Origin: a virus
Taxonomy: Duplodnaviria > Caudoviricetes
DNA: 46,467 nt
Virus record (IMG/VR): IMGVR_UViG_3300047561_001118
Location: 1 to 46,467 of that record
Direction: 5' to 3' (one strand)
A program made the position numbers and the translations under genes. Shown piece by piece: positions 8,558 to 18,432 of this stretch. Each line of letters begins with the position of its first letter. Position 1 is the first letter of the stretch. Under the pieces are notes generated by a model. It did not search any database and was not told the origin of the DNA. It saw nothing but the letters and a program-made list of their open reading frames with translations.

Positions 8558-9730
8558 ATGCAACATTCATTAGATCCCGTCGTTGACAAAATTATTGTAG
8601 CTCGCGTTGGGCTGTTACTACGTCATCCGTTTTTTGGTAACATGGCTACTCGTCTTAAAGTTATTGATGCTACTGAATGGTGTGCCACTGCTGCTACTGA
8701 TGGTCGAGCACTATACTACAATCGAAACTTTTTTGAAGACTTGACCAATAAACAAGTAGAATTTGTTATTGGACACGAAATCCTACATAACGTGTTTGAT
8801 CATTTGGGTCGTAACGAAGGTCGTAATCGCAAAGTATTCAACATCGCCGCTGACTATTGTGTAAATGGTCAATTGATTCGCGACCATATCGGCGAACAGC
8901 CTCCAAAGATTCCAATCTTCCATGATCCCCTGCATTATGGCAAGAGCGCAGAACAAGTCTATGATGAACTGATGGAAAAGTATGATGACGAAGAATTAGG
9001 AGCATTGGGTAAACTGCTGGACGAACATATTGACTGGGATAAAGACGGCGAAAATGGTCGCCCACAATATACCAAAGAAGAGCTCAAAGCTATTCGTGAT
9101 GAAGTCCGTGAAGCCACTATCCAAGCAGCCAATGCCGCAGGTGCAGGTAATACTCCAGCAGGTGTGGCTCGTCTTATTAAGGATCTTACTGAGCCTAAAA
9201 TTAATTGGCGTCAATATCTACGTCAACAAATTCAAAGTTTGATCAAGTCTGATTACAGTTTTACTCGTCCTAATCGTAAAGGTTGGGCATTGGGTGCTAT
9301 ATTGCCCAGCATGAAAAATGAAGAAACTATTGATGTCTGTGTTGGCTTAGATATGAGCGGTAGTATTACTGATGTAATGGGTAAGGACATGCTCAGCGAA
9401 ATCAAAGGCATTATGGACGAGTACAAAGACTTCAAAGTTAAAATTTGGTGTTTTGATACTAGCGTATACAATGAACAAAATTTTGACAGCTACGAAAACG
9501 AAATTGAAAGGTACGAACTCAAAGGAGGTGGTGGCACTGACTTTGATGCTAATTGGACTTATATGAAAGAGCATGATATTGTTCCAAAGAAATTTATCAT
9601 GTTTACTGATGGCTATCCATATGGCAGTTGGGGTGATGAAAACTACTGTGATACATTGTTCATTATCCACGGTAATCAGAATATTGTTCCACCGTTTGGA
9701 CAATACGCTTATTACGAAGAATCTAAGTAA
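8558..9730 (+). CDS. HExxH metallopeptidase-like plus VWA domain protein (DUF2201-like)
   Basis: TAATDG, HEILH, NIAADY; MIDAS DMSGS, GGGGTDF, FTDGY; next to the AAA ATPase. Confidence 0.9.
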   Translation: MQHSLDPVVDKIIVARVGLLLRHPFFGNMATRLKVIDATEWCATAATDGRALYYNRNFFEDLTNKQVEFVIGHEILHNVFDHLGRNEGRNRKVFNIAADYCVNGQLIRDHIGEQPPKIPIFHDPLHYGKSAEQVYDELMEKYDDEELGALGKLLDEHIDWDKDGENGRPQYTKEELKAIRDEVREATIQAANAAGAGNTPAGVARLIKDLTEPKINWRQYLRQQIQSLIKSDYSFTRPNRKGWALGAILPSMKNEETIDVCVGLDMSGSITDVMGKDMLSEIKGIMDEYKDFKVKIWCFDTSVYNEQNFDSYENEIERYELKGGGGTDFDANWTYMKEHDIVPKKFIMFTDGYPYGSWGDENYCDTLFIIHGNQNIVPPFGQYAYYEESK

Positions 9731-10008
9731 TGGCATTAAAGAACGGCAAACCAAATCCATTTAATCTATTAGAAATTAGGCGAGTTCGATTCCCTGCTCG
9801 CCATTTTCATTTTACTATTTTAAACAAATTTAATCCTGTTAAAAATATTCAAATCGACGATTGGATTTATCACAATTTAAACGGAAGATACTATCTCGGA
9901 CAAGCATTAGATTTGGATAATACTAATACTATTATCTATACAACGAAAATTGGATTCGAAGAAGAAAAAGAACTTAGCTTTTTTTTGCTTTCGTATTCAG
10001 ATCTATAA
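9730..10008 (+). CDS. hypothetical protein
   Basis: 92 aa, TAATG coupled. Confidence 0.7.
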   Translation: MALKNGKPNPFNLLEIRRVRFPARHFHFTILNKFNPVKNIQIDDWIYHNLNGRYYLGQALDLDNTNTIIYTTKIGFEEEKELSFFLLSYSDL

Positions 10009-10059
10009 TCTTTAATTTTTTAAATAAGATATATAATAACATACTATTAAGGAGTTAAT

Positions 10060-10275
10060 ATGAATAAACCACCAATGAAGCCACAAGAAACAATGCAAGA
10101 TCCAGAAATGGATACTGCTGAAGATCTTAACATTAATGATCTCAATGCATTAAAACAAATTATCGAAGTAACTAACAGCCGTGGTAGTTACAAAGCCGGC
10201 GAAATGGAAGCTGTCGGCAAAGTATATAATAAACTAAGTAGATTTTTAGGCCAAGCAACCGCCAAGGAAGAATAA
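10060..10275 (+). CDS. hypothetical protein
   Basis: 71 aa; TAAGGAG SD; TAAATA at 10021-10026. Confidence 0.75.
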   Translation: MNKPPMKPQETMQDPEMDTAEDLNINDLNALKQIIEVTNSRGSYKAGEMEAVGKVYNKLSRFLGQATAKEE

Positions 10276-10276
10276 A

Positions 10277-10873
10277 ATGACTAATTTAAAACACGTTGGG
10301 CGGTTCGTTTCTAACGGTAGAAAATGCCTAGTAGCATATAGAACATTACCTGGTGATGCATATAATTGCTTAGTAATCCCTACAGAAGCTTTGGAAGACA
10401 GTTATCATGACTCATTGATTCAATTAGTTGAATCCAATTCTGCACAAACTGCTAACGAATTTGCTGAAGTATTGGCAAGGACCACTTTTCCCGATGGCAG
10501 CATTATGCTGGCAGCATTACATACCCAAGGTAAATTATTGAGAATTGCTACTGATCAAGTTGAAATGATTCCTAATTTTCAAACTAAAATTAAGTTGGAT
10601 CAACTCAATGTGGTAATTGCAGAGCAAATGGGTGTAGCTGTAGATGATTTGTCCATTAAAGAAGATCTAAAAAATAAAAAAAGAGACGACGTTGAAATTG
10701 TTGAAGTAGCCACAGTTACTGAAACTCCTATGCCCGTTGTCGAAGAAAATTTTGATGATCTGCCTGTAGAACAACGTGCCACTAAATTGAGAGGCCAAGC
10801 TGATAAACTAGCCAAACAAGCAGCAGAATTGCGTCGTCAAGCTGAAGTATTGGTTCCTAGAAAAAAGCGATGA
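10277..10873 (+). CDS. hypothetical protein with C-terminal coiled coil and basic tail
   Basis: 198 aa ORF with AAGGA SD. Confidence 0.8.
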   Translation: MTNLKHVGRFVSNGRKCLVAYRTLPGDAYNCLVIPTEALEDSYHDSLIQLVESNSAQTANEFAEVLARTTFPDGSIMLAALHTQGKLLRIATDQVEMIPNFQTKIKLDQLNVVIAEQMGVAVDDLSIKEDLKNKKRDDVEIVEVATVTETPMPVVEENFDDLPVEQRATKLRGQADKLAKQAAELRRQAEVLVPRKKR

Positions 10874-11184
10874 CGACCAAAAAACTTTCAAAAGATGTCA
10901 TTGAAAGTTGGCCCGAAATTTTCGAAGATGTTAATCTCAATGTAGTTCCATTAAAATACTTGTGTTCTGTTCAGGTCAAATTTAAAGATAAAAAAATTTG
11001 GAATATAGATATAGGTAAAAATCTAAGGGATGATAATTGGCAAGTTATTCAATCTAACATCCAAGAAATGATAATGAATTACAAAGAACATATAGAAAAC
11101 GTAGATTTTAAATTAGACACAGATCAAATCAAAAAAGACATTTCCCGAGAAACTGCTAAATTCCTTAAAAAAAATAAACTTTAA
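10870..11184 (+). CDS. hypothetical protein
   Basis: 104 aa, ATGA/TAATG coupling. Confidence 0.7.
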   Translation: MTTKKLSKDVIESWPEIFEDVNLNVVPLKYLCSVQVKFKDKKIWNIDIGKNLRDDNWQVIQSNIQEMIMNYKEHIENVDFKLDTDQIKKDISRETAKFLKKNKL

Positions 11185-11852
11185 TGAACGTACAATTAGT
11201 ATCTTATAGCCAACCCACCAAAGAATTTTTGGATCAGGGAATTGAAGACGCACAAGACTTAGTAGCTTTTTGTGCTAGAGTTAGTAATCCCAGTAATCAA
11301 CTCAATACAGAAACCAGTGAAAAACTAATCAAATATTTGGTTAAGCATCAACATTGGAGTCCTCTTGAAATGGTATCTGCCTGTATAGAAATTACTACCA
11401 CCAGGGATATTGCTAGACAAATTCTGCGTCATCGCAGTTTCAGTTTTCAAGAATTTAGTCAACGTTATGCTGACCCTACTAAAGACCTTAATTTTGTCAC
11501 TAGAGAAGCTAGACTACAAGACACAACTAATAGGCAAAATAGCGTAGAAGTAGAAGATCACTTACTACAAAATGATTGGTATCGTGCTCAACAACGAGTT
11601 ATCTATGCTGCTCGTCGAGAATACGAATGGGCCATTGCTAATGGTATTGCCAAAGAACAGGCTCGTGCTGTATTACCCGAAGGTCTTATTGAAAGTCGTC
11701 TTTATATGAATGGAACTCTACGCAGTTGGATTCACTTTATCGAATTGCGTAGTGCTAATGGCACTCAGAAAGAACATCAAGAAGTAGCATTGGCGTGTGC
11801 TGAAGTTATTGCTAAAATATTTCCGTTAACTTCAACTTTTGTAACCAATTAA
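11184..11852 (+). CDS. thyX: FAD-dependent thymidylate synthase
   Basis: RHRSFSFQEFSQRY signature, HWSPLE, KEQARAVLP. Confidence 0.97.
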   Translation: MNVQLVSYSQPTKEFLDQGIEDAQDLVAFCARVSNPSNQLNTETSEKLIKYLVKHQHWSPLEMVSACIEITTTRDIARQILRHRSFSFQEFSQRYADPTKDLNFVTREARLQDTTNRQNSVEVEDHLLQNDWYRAQQRVIYAARREYEWAIANGIAKEQARAVLPEGLIESRLYMNGTLRSWIHFIELRSANGTQKEHQEVALACAEVIAKIFPLTSTFVTN

Positions 11853-12380
11853 CATAAATCTCGAAAACTCTTTATCGGGATAGGTGAATTTCTTTTCTGA
11901 TCTATAAAGATTAGTCAAAGGATAACGCTCTATTAATTGATCTAAACTAAAACAATAGTCATGCTCCCCGTCGTCATCATGGATTTGATCAGTACTTTGA
12001 ATCACCACTAATTGATTGGTAATTTTATCGAACCATTGTTTATCAATAATGTGTTCGGCCGATGTATTAATAATTACATCGAATTCTGAAAAATCGACTT
12101 GATTAGCATCCTGGGTAAAGGCTTTAAATTGCCATCCATTACATACCCAAGTATTATTAATTTTATCTGCTATGGATTCAACTTTTGGATCAATATCAAA
12201 AGATCTAATATATTTAATGTCTACAGCACGTCTAGACAACAGTAAAAAGGCTAATACTCCATACCACCCTCCCAATATAGCTATACGACTATCACTAGGG
12301 ATTATAGATTCTAATCTCTCACATAACCAAATCTTACTTTCAACTTGTCCGTGACTAAAAGCTGTAAAATCAATCATCAT
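11832..12380 (-). CDS. class I SAM-dependent methyltransferase-like protein
   Basis: IAILGGWYG, SFDIDP, DVIINTSAEH. Confidence 0.7.
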   Translation of the reverse strand: MMIDFTAFSHGQVESKIWLCERLESIIPSDSRIAILGGWYGVLAFLLLSRRAVDIKYIRSFDIDPKVESIADKINNTWVCNGWQFKAFTQDANQVDFSEFDVIINTSAEHIIDKQWFDKITNQLVVIQSTDQIHDDDGEHDYCFSLDQLIERYPLTNLYRSEKKFTYPDKEFSRFMLIGYKS

Positions 12381-13047
12381 TAAACCTTTCTTTTAACCAT
12401 TCAAAATCATTAATTAATTTTAATTTATCTGTATTTTCAAAATTAACTAAGGCATAAGCTTTGCCTTCTTTTGCTCCTTTAATGGCATAATTGCCAAAAG
12501 GCTTATCATCCCCTACATTACACCATGAGCTTAGTCTCTTAAGGCTTTCGTCATTATCACTCTTATTAATTACATTTGTAGTTAATTTAACTGCTTCCCT
12601 AAAAGCACTACGCCACGTACTAAATTTATCTGTATTGAAATTTGTGATGTTAGATATTTGATCTATTACTTTAATTTTATTATTAATGCTCAATGTCATA
12701 TCTAAACTTGAAGTATCAATATTAAGTGTTAAACGTCTTGGTAATAATTTAACAGCACCATATCCATAAACTAAATCATTAACAGGATTAACGCTATGAA
12801 ATATATGTACACAATCTAAATCATATTCAGGAACAACATAATCAAAATTAAATTCATCTAATACTCTGGCATCTCCGTCAACTACCCAAAACATTTTAGT
12901 AAAGGATGCTTTTGCTGCTGCTATATGAGCATTATGAATTCCAGTGATTCCATTGATCCGTTTAGCTAATAAAAACCTAGAACTTAATATTTGCCAATTT
13001 TCATTAGAGTTGGCTTCGTTATTTGAAATAAAAACTATGTCGTACAT
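12370..13047 (-). CDS. putative GT-A fold glycosyltransferase
   Basis: DIVFIS first strand, FWVVDGD DxD motif, located in a GT cluster. Confidence 0.6.
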   Translation of the reverse strand: MYDIVFISNNEANSNENWQILSSRFLLAKRINGITGIHNAHIAAAKASFTKMFWVVDGDARVLDEFNFDYVVPEYDLDCVHIFHSVNPVNDLVYGYGAVKLLPRRLTLNIDTSSLDMTLSINNKIKVIDQISNITNFNTDKFSTWRSAFREAVKLTTNVINKSDNDESLKRLSSWCNVGDDKPFGNYAIKGAKEGKAYALVNFENTDKLKLINDFEWLKERFNDD

Positions 13048-13955
13048 TGATAAAAACTCTTAAATCTATTCCAATACTTACCTTGACTAATTTCCTCATT
13101 ACTCCAATGTATATGGGAAATTTTATCTAGCCAATTTTCCCTATCAGGCATTACGGGCTCTTCTATTAATTTTAAATCATCAAACCCTACATCACAGGCC
13201 CAACTATTTAACGGATCATCTAAATATACCGGAATTCCTTGGATAACGCTTACACAATTGGGTGTAGAATTATACCCTACTGAACACCAAGCATTTATTA
13301 AATCAGCCCTTATATTTTCATTGTTAGAAACATGAATTCCCTTTTTACCAAATTGGTCATAAATTTTGTTTCTATTTTCTTCATTATAAGTTTTGTCGCC
13401 TGGATGTAATCTAACAATTATACCCCTGTCTGAAACTTTTTTTATTTTTTTTACTATATCAATAATCCAATCAATGCCATTACGATTTAACATATTCCAA
13501 GAAAAAGTTCTTTGACCTAACACCAATATATGACTACCATTATCACGCCAAGGCTGTAATGATAACTTATGATAATTTAATACATCATAAGTCTTTAATT
13601 CTGATCGCTCATCGCCCAAAAAATATTCGCCATCTGTTGGGTAAACACTATTGACACTATATCTATGATAAAAATGCGTAGATCTTCCATATGAAAAAAT
13701 ATTACTATCTACAAAGATAATTTTTGATTTTTGTAATTTAAGTGTGTCAATAATACGTTTTCTATAAGTATTTTCCAGAGTATAACCTAATATAAACCCA
13801 GCATCTAAATTGTCTATGATTTGATTTTTATATCTAAAATCTATAGTTTCATCGCCACAAGCTTGAACACCCTCTCTAAAACAATCCATTAAGTTTGCTT
13901 TATGTACAGCCTTGTGAATATTAGATATCGAAGAATAAAAAATGCCTACTCTCAT
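13035..13955 (-). CDS. putative GT-B / capsule polysaccharide modification-type protein
   Basis: HILVLGQ, IIVRLHP, VGYNST, IQGIPVY pattern. Confidence 0.6.
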   Translation of the reverse strand: MRVGIFYSSISNIHKAVHKANLMDCFREGVQACGDETIDFRYKNQIIDNLDAGFILGYTLENTYRKRIIDTLKLQKSKIIFVDSNIFSYGRSTHFYHRYSVNSVYPTDGEYFLGDERSELKTYDVLNYHKLSLQPWRDNGSHILVLGQRTFSWNMLNRNGIDWIIDIVKKIKKVSDRGIIVRLHPGDKTYNEENRNKIYDQFGKKGIHVSNNENIRADLINAWCSVGYNSTPNCVSVIQGIPVYLDDPLNSWACDVGFDDLKLIEEPVMPDRENWLDKISHIHWSNEEISQGKYWNRFKSFYQCTT

Positions 13956-14689
13956 GTTTCTTTTAATCTACTTAAAAAATCTTCTTTATCTTTTATCATT
14001 TCCGACACCATAACATCACTGTTGCCTTTCCATAATGCACGAATTTCTTTGGGAATTTTACTCCCGTAATGTACAGTACCTAATTTATAAGTATGTAACC
14101 CTCCACCGTGATCGGTATTTTTAATTTTATAACTAGGATATTTGGTTAACATAGTTTCCAGAGCATCACCGTCATATGCTCTATAAAGAGAAAATATTTT
14201 TTTAGATTCCCATATATCTTCATATTCATAAATTAGTTTATCTAATCTAGGATCTTGCATATTAACTATGACATGTCCAGCATCAAGATAACCTTTTTGT
14301 GATTCGCCAGTGGCCCAAATAAAATTATTTTGTTTTACTTCTTTTATAATTTTTTCAAGTTCAGCCTGATCAAAATTTAGTATTTCGACATCAGTATCCA
14401 ATAACACAACCCAGTCATAATTTCTTAGTGCTTTTAAGGCCCAAACTTGACTTTGCATTTTACGCCAAAAATTCATAGGTTTGGTTCTACTACAAAAATC
14501 CGTAAACTTATTTCGTTGATTATAAATGTCGTTCCATGGAACTAAAAAAAATTTTGGCAACTCAAATGTATACGGAACGTCATAAATGATATATTTGTCA
14601 CCAGGTAATTTATTCCAACTTGGAATACAATATTGAGCTATATACTCATAATATTTTAAATCAGCTAGTCCACTCCATGCTATATTCAT
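13952..14689 (-). CDS. putative GT-A glycosyltransferase
   Basis: FWRK, WVVLLDTD, LDAG, YDG, VHY; start at ATG 14689 (ATGA overlap). Confidence 0.65.
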   Translation of the reverse strand: MNIAWSGLADLKYYEYIAQYCIPSWNKLPGDKYIIYDVPYTFELPKFFLVPWNDIYNQRNKFTDFCSRTKPMNFWRKMQSQVWALKALRNYDWVVLLDTDVEILNFDQAELEKIIKEVKQNNFIWATGESQKGYLDAGHVIVNMQDPRLDKLIYEYEDIWESKKIFSLYRAYDGDALETMLTKYPSYKIKNTDHGGGLHTYKLGTVHYGSKIPKEIRALWKGNSDVMVSEMIKDKEDFLSRLKET

Positions 14690-15375
14690 GGTATGTTCCT
14701 TTGCTGACAATACTCTGCAAGAATCCTTTCTTTATGCCATTCATCTGCCATTGGCGTATTAGCAAATTCATGAAATGAAGGAGCTCCTAAAGTATAATGT
14801 AATAATTTAGCATCAGGATTAGCACCATATTCGTCTGGCAGCCAATTCCATTCCTTGGGTAATTCGCCTATGCGATTATCTTCTAACCATGTAAATCTAT
14901 GTAATTCTTTACCTGTTGCTTTCATTATATACTCTGGAGTTAGTATTCTATTTGGAAAACTATTGCAATTCCAAAGTATAACACTGGACCAATTTTTTCG
15001 AGGATAATCCTCATTTTTGGCACCCAAGTATTTAACTGGCATTTTGGTTTTATAATCGTGCTTAATAACTTGTATGTCATAATGAGTATTACGTAAATCC
15101 CATAATTCTGTGATATCACTACGTACTATCATATCGCCATCAATAAAAATGGCATGCCCACTCCAATGCATAAGGTATGGGACTAAAAATCTGGTATAGA
15201 TAAAATGATTACTACCGTCAGTATGAGTCTCATTGTAATCTTTAAAAAGATTCAATGCTACTGGTATAATACTAACTGGTCTAGTACTAGTTCTTATTAT
15301 GCTATTAGCGCATACATGAAATACTGTGGCCTCTCTAGGATCATACCCAATAAAAATTGGTATTATATCTTTCAT
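14686..15375 (-). CDS. GT8-like glycosyltransferase
   Basis: IFIGYDPRE, FIYTRFLVP, FIDGDM, YPRKNWSS, EWNWL, LLHYTLGAP. Confidence 0.85.
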   Translation of the reverse strand: MKDIIPIFIGYDPREATVFHVCANSIIRTSTRPVSIIPVALNLFKDYNETHTDGSNHFIYTRFLVPYLMHWSGHAIFIDGDMIVRSDITELWDLRNTHYDIQVIKHDYKTKMPVKYLGAKNEDYPRKNWSSVILWNCNSFPNRILTPEYIMKATGKELHRFTWLEDNRIGELPKEWNWLPDEYGANPDAKLLHYTLGAPSFHEFANTPMADEWHKERILAEYCQQRNIP

Positions 15376-15828
15376 CTATAATGTAGCATCTTCTAACCCA
15401 GCGGTTCGAAGTTTTATTACATTACTTAGCTGCCATTGTTTGATGTCTAATGCTTTTGTGATACCTAACCATTTATTACGTAATAAGGCAAACTCGTTGA
15501 TAATTTTTTCAAAATCAACCACATCTTGCTCGCCCTCTACGTATTTTTCACAATCCCTGCTGCTTAATGCTCTTTGATAATTTTCTAAATATTTTTTAAA
15601 GTATTGACTCTTAATTTGACGAAATTCAATATTAAGGAATTCTAAGATAGCCTCGATCTCTTGTAATTGATTAAATCTTTGTTCCACGATGCCTGGCATA
15701 CTGGCTGCTGCCTTTTCGATATTTCCCGTTATACGGGCGTCAGCTCGAGCTGCTTCTAATTCAATATTATAGTGATCCACAGCATCAGGTAAAAGACTTA
15801 GATCTTGGCTAATCTTAGAATACCACAT
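15376..15828 (-). CDS. uvsY: UvsY recombination mediator
   Basis: 150 aa helical; EKYVEGE, KALDIKQWQLSNVIKLRTAG; close to uvsX. Confidence 0.8.
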   Translation of the reverse strand: MWYSKISQDLSLLPDAVDHYNIELEAARADARITGNIEKAAASMPGIVEQRFNQLQEIEAILEFLNIEFRQIKSQYFKKYLENYQRALSSRDCEKYVEGEQDVVDFEKIINEFALLRNKWLGITKALDIKQWQLSNVIKLRTAGLEDATL

Positions 15829-15830
15829 GA

Positions 15831-16070
15831 TTAATAATCGTCTTCTTCAGAATCCTCGTACTCTTCCTCAATTTCAGTGTCATCTTCTAAATAATATTCA
15901 ATGGCATTATCTAGATCAGCATCTGAACCCATAGCACCTTGCAGAACTTTATCTTTAATATTAAAATCTGCTAACAAATCAATAAATTGCTCAGCAGCAG
16001 TTTGAACATCGTCCTTTCTAATGAACTCTTTAAAAAAACACCAAATATCACTAATTTGCGTATCAGTCAT
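15831..16070 (-). CDS. small acidic hypothetical protein
   Basis: 79 aa with an Asp/Glu-rich tail. Confidence 0.7.
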   Translation of the reverse strand: MTDTQISDIWCFFKEFIRKDDVQTAAEQFIDLLADFNIKDKVLQGAMGSDADLDNAIEYYLEDDTEIEEEYEDSEEDDY

Positions 16071-17112
16071 TTTCTACTATCTCCTCCGTTATGATCTCTT
16101 TAGGTTTAATGTTATGGAAATCCTCCATTAACATATCTAATTTATCACTTTTCCATTCTTTTCTGTAATATAGATGTTCTGCACCTTTACTATCAGTAAA
16201 CTTGAGTCTATTACCTTGTTGAACTAAAAACCCCTTAGCTTCAAAAAGATCTACTAGACCGCTATATGGATCCATGCCAGTTTCATAAGGAATCTTAATT
16301 TGTAGTGTTTCAAAAGGTTTAGCATAACGAGTCTTCATGATCTTGCAACTAGCTCGAATACCCTTCACTTCACTGATCTTATTGCCATTCTCATCCTCTT
16401 TGAGTTTGAGCTTTTTCATAGCAACTACAATACTACTTGCATATACAAACCCTTGGCCGCCACTGATCTTGTCATCTGGATCAAACATGTCTTGGCTAGC
16501 ATAGGTATGATTAGTACAGACCATGCCCACATTATAATTACCAAACATATTAACACAGTTACGGACCAATGCAGTCAATGCCTTAGGTTTACGACCCATG
16601 TCGCCTTTCATGTCACCTGCTTCAAATTGATTAACATCAGTAGGAGTCAATAACATGCCCAAACTATCAAGTACAAACAAAACTTTTGGACGATCTTCCA
16701 TAAGTTTGTATTCTTTCATAAACTCACTGATAGTTTTAGCCACATCATCAATCATGGCCATGTTTAATTTGAGTAGTTTGTCCTCACCAGTATGCACACC
16801 CAATGCTTTAAGCCATGCTTCATCCAATGCATTTTCTGTATCAACTAGAACTACATAGATTCCTTGTTCTTGTGCATTTTTAATTAGGTTGCCGCTACAA
16901 ATATAGCTTTTACCTGCACCACTTTCACCGGCAAATACAGTAACCTTACCCAAAGGAATGCCTTTGTTAAAATCACTACTGATTAGGTAGTTCAGTGCAT
17001 AGTTACCAGTACTTACCCAATCTGTAGGATCATTAAATCCTACACCTAATCCATCAATACTCTTAGTAAGAGTCTTTCTAAATTTACTTAAATCAAATGC
17101 TTTTGTTGCCAT
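16063..17112 (-). CDS. uvsX: RecA-like recombinase UvsX
   Basis: STGNYALN, Walker A GESGAGKS, VDTENAL, FVLDSLG, TNHTY, SGG; start MATKAF at 17112. Confidence 0.95.
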   Translation of the reverse strand: MATKAFDLSKFRKTLTKSIDGLGVGFNDPTDWVSTGNYALNYLISSDFNKGIPLGKVTVFAGESGAGKSYICSGNLIKNAQEQGIYVVLVDTENALDEAWLKALGVHTGEDKLLKLNMAMIDDVAKTISEFMKEYKLMEDRPKVLFVLDSLGMLLTPTDVNQFEAGDMKGDMGRKPKALTALVRNCVNMFGNYNVGMVCTNHTYASQDMFDPDDKISGGQGFVYASSIVVAMKKLKLKEDENGNKISEVKGIRASCKIMKTRYAKPFETLQIKIPYETGMDPYSGLVDLFEAKGFLVQQGNRLKFTDSKGAEHLYYRKEWKSDKLDMLMEDFHNIKPKEIITEEIVEND

Positions 17113-17113
17113 A

Positions 17114-17314
17114 TTACATACCTGCCTTAGGTGAAACAACAATATCTTCACGCCCAATTGCTTTAAGCCAAGTGTTTAATCTATTAATTAAAACACTATC
17201 ATCTTTAGGGTTATCAAACCTAATATCAATATCTGCTACTGTATCGCCAGATTGATCTTCACGCGAATTAAAACTCAATGTGAAACTTTCATTAATTTTC
17301 TGTGCTTTTGCCAT
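17114..17314 (-). CDS. hypothetical protein
   Basis: ATG 17314 with GGAG SD. Confidence 0.7.
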   Translation of the reverse strand: MAKAQKINESFTLSFNSREDQSGDTVADIDIRFDNPKDDSVLINRLNTWLKAIGREDIVVSPKAGM

Positions 17315-17333
17315 TATTTTTCTCCATAGAAAA

Positions 17334-17367
17334 CTCGGGCGTATGACTAATGTCACAGAGGCCCAAG
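17334..17367 (-). terminator. stem-loop downstream of gp32
   Basis: Minus strand CTTGGGC..TGTGAC-ATTA-GTCATA..GCCCGAG followed by TTTT. Confidence 0.5.
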
Positions 17368-17374
17368 TGGTAAA

Positions 17375-18376
17375 TTACGCTTTTTGACGGTTACGAATCA
17401 TGGCAAGAATGTCGGTTGCACGACTATCTGTGCCTTTTGCGTCAGCTTTTTCTTCTGCGGGTTTGGATACTGCTTTAAGAGCAGGCTTTGCTGATTTAGC
17501 TGGCCTGTCTTCTTCCATATCCACATCTGGATCAACTGCTACTGGAGCAGCATTTCTTGCTGAAGATACTGGATCACCGGTATTCTGGCTTGCACCGCTG
17601 GGTTTGTAATACTGACCCCAACGCTCCATATCAAATGCTTCGCCATCAACACTGGCTGCAAACATTTCTTTGATCACTTTCATTTCTACTTCAGTGGGTT
17701 TCTTAGGTAAGAAATCTTTCAAAGTAAACAAACCAAACTGTTTTACAGCTGCCTGCTCTGCGTCACTAAGAGGACGCTCACGACGACTCCATTTGCTGGT
17801 GCCGTAATCTGCATAACCACCTTTGCTGGACTTGATTAAACGGAAATCCACGCCATGAACATAATCAGTAGGCAGATCTTCCATTTCTGGATCCATCAAT
17901 GCGCCTTTGATCAAGGTAAAGATCTGGGGACCAATGATAAATCTACGAATGGGATTTTCTGGAATTTGGTCTTCTTTAAGACCATCTTCAGTGACAAAGC
18001 CTTGGAACAAGTAACTACGCTTTTTCCAATATTTACGACCCATTGCCTCGAGTGAGGGATCTTTGAACCAACCGCGAACTTCGCTTAGTACTGGGCAAAC
18101 TGAACCATCGTTGTACATTTCCACGCAGGGAACTTGTACATTGACTTTCTTACCGTCTGTCTCGCCTTTCATGCCTGCAAATTCCAGCTTGATCATAGCA
18201 CGTTCTACCCAAAAGAATGTGTTAGAGTCATCGCCGTCTGGGAGGAATCTTACAGCCGATTCACCTCCTTCTTTAAGATTCCAGAAAGGATAAATTGAAA
18301 GATCACCACTACCTGTTGATCCGCCTTTGATTTCTTGTTCTTTTAATTTTGCTCGAATTTCTGCTAAAGTTGCCAT
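17375..18376 (-). CDS. gp32: single-stranded DNA-binding protein (T4 gp32-like)
   Basis: SAVRFLP, VPC...CPV, RKYWKKRSY, GVDFRLIK, YADYGTSKW; upstream of uvsX/uvsY. Confidence 0.9.
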   Translation of the reverse strand: MATLAEIRAKLKEQEIKGGSTGSGDLSIYPFWNLKEGGESAVRFLPDGDDSNTFFWVERAMIKLEFAGMKGETDGKKVNVQVPCVEMYNDGSVCPVLSEVRGWFKDPSLEAMGRKYWKKRSYLFQGFVTEDGLKEDQIPENPIRRFIIGPQIFTLIKGALMDPEMEDLPTDYVHGVDFRLIKSSKGGYADYGTSKWSRRERPLSDAEQAAVKQFGLFTLKDFLPKKPTEVEMKVIKEMFAASVDGEAFDMERWGQYYKPSGASQNTGDPVSSARNAAPVAVDPDVDMEEDRPAKSAKPALKAVSKPAEEKADAKGTDSRATDILAMIRNRQKA

Positions 18377-18432
18377 AGTTTTTCTCCTGTAATTGCCTAT
18401 GTTTTGCCTATATTGCCAGACACGTGTCCGAC

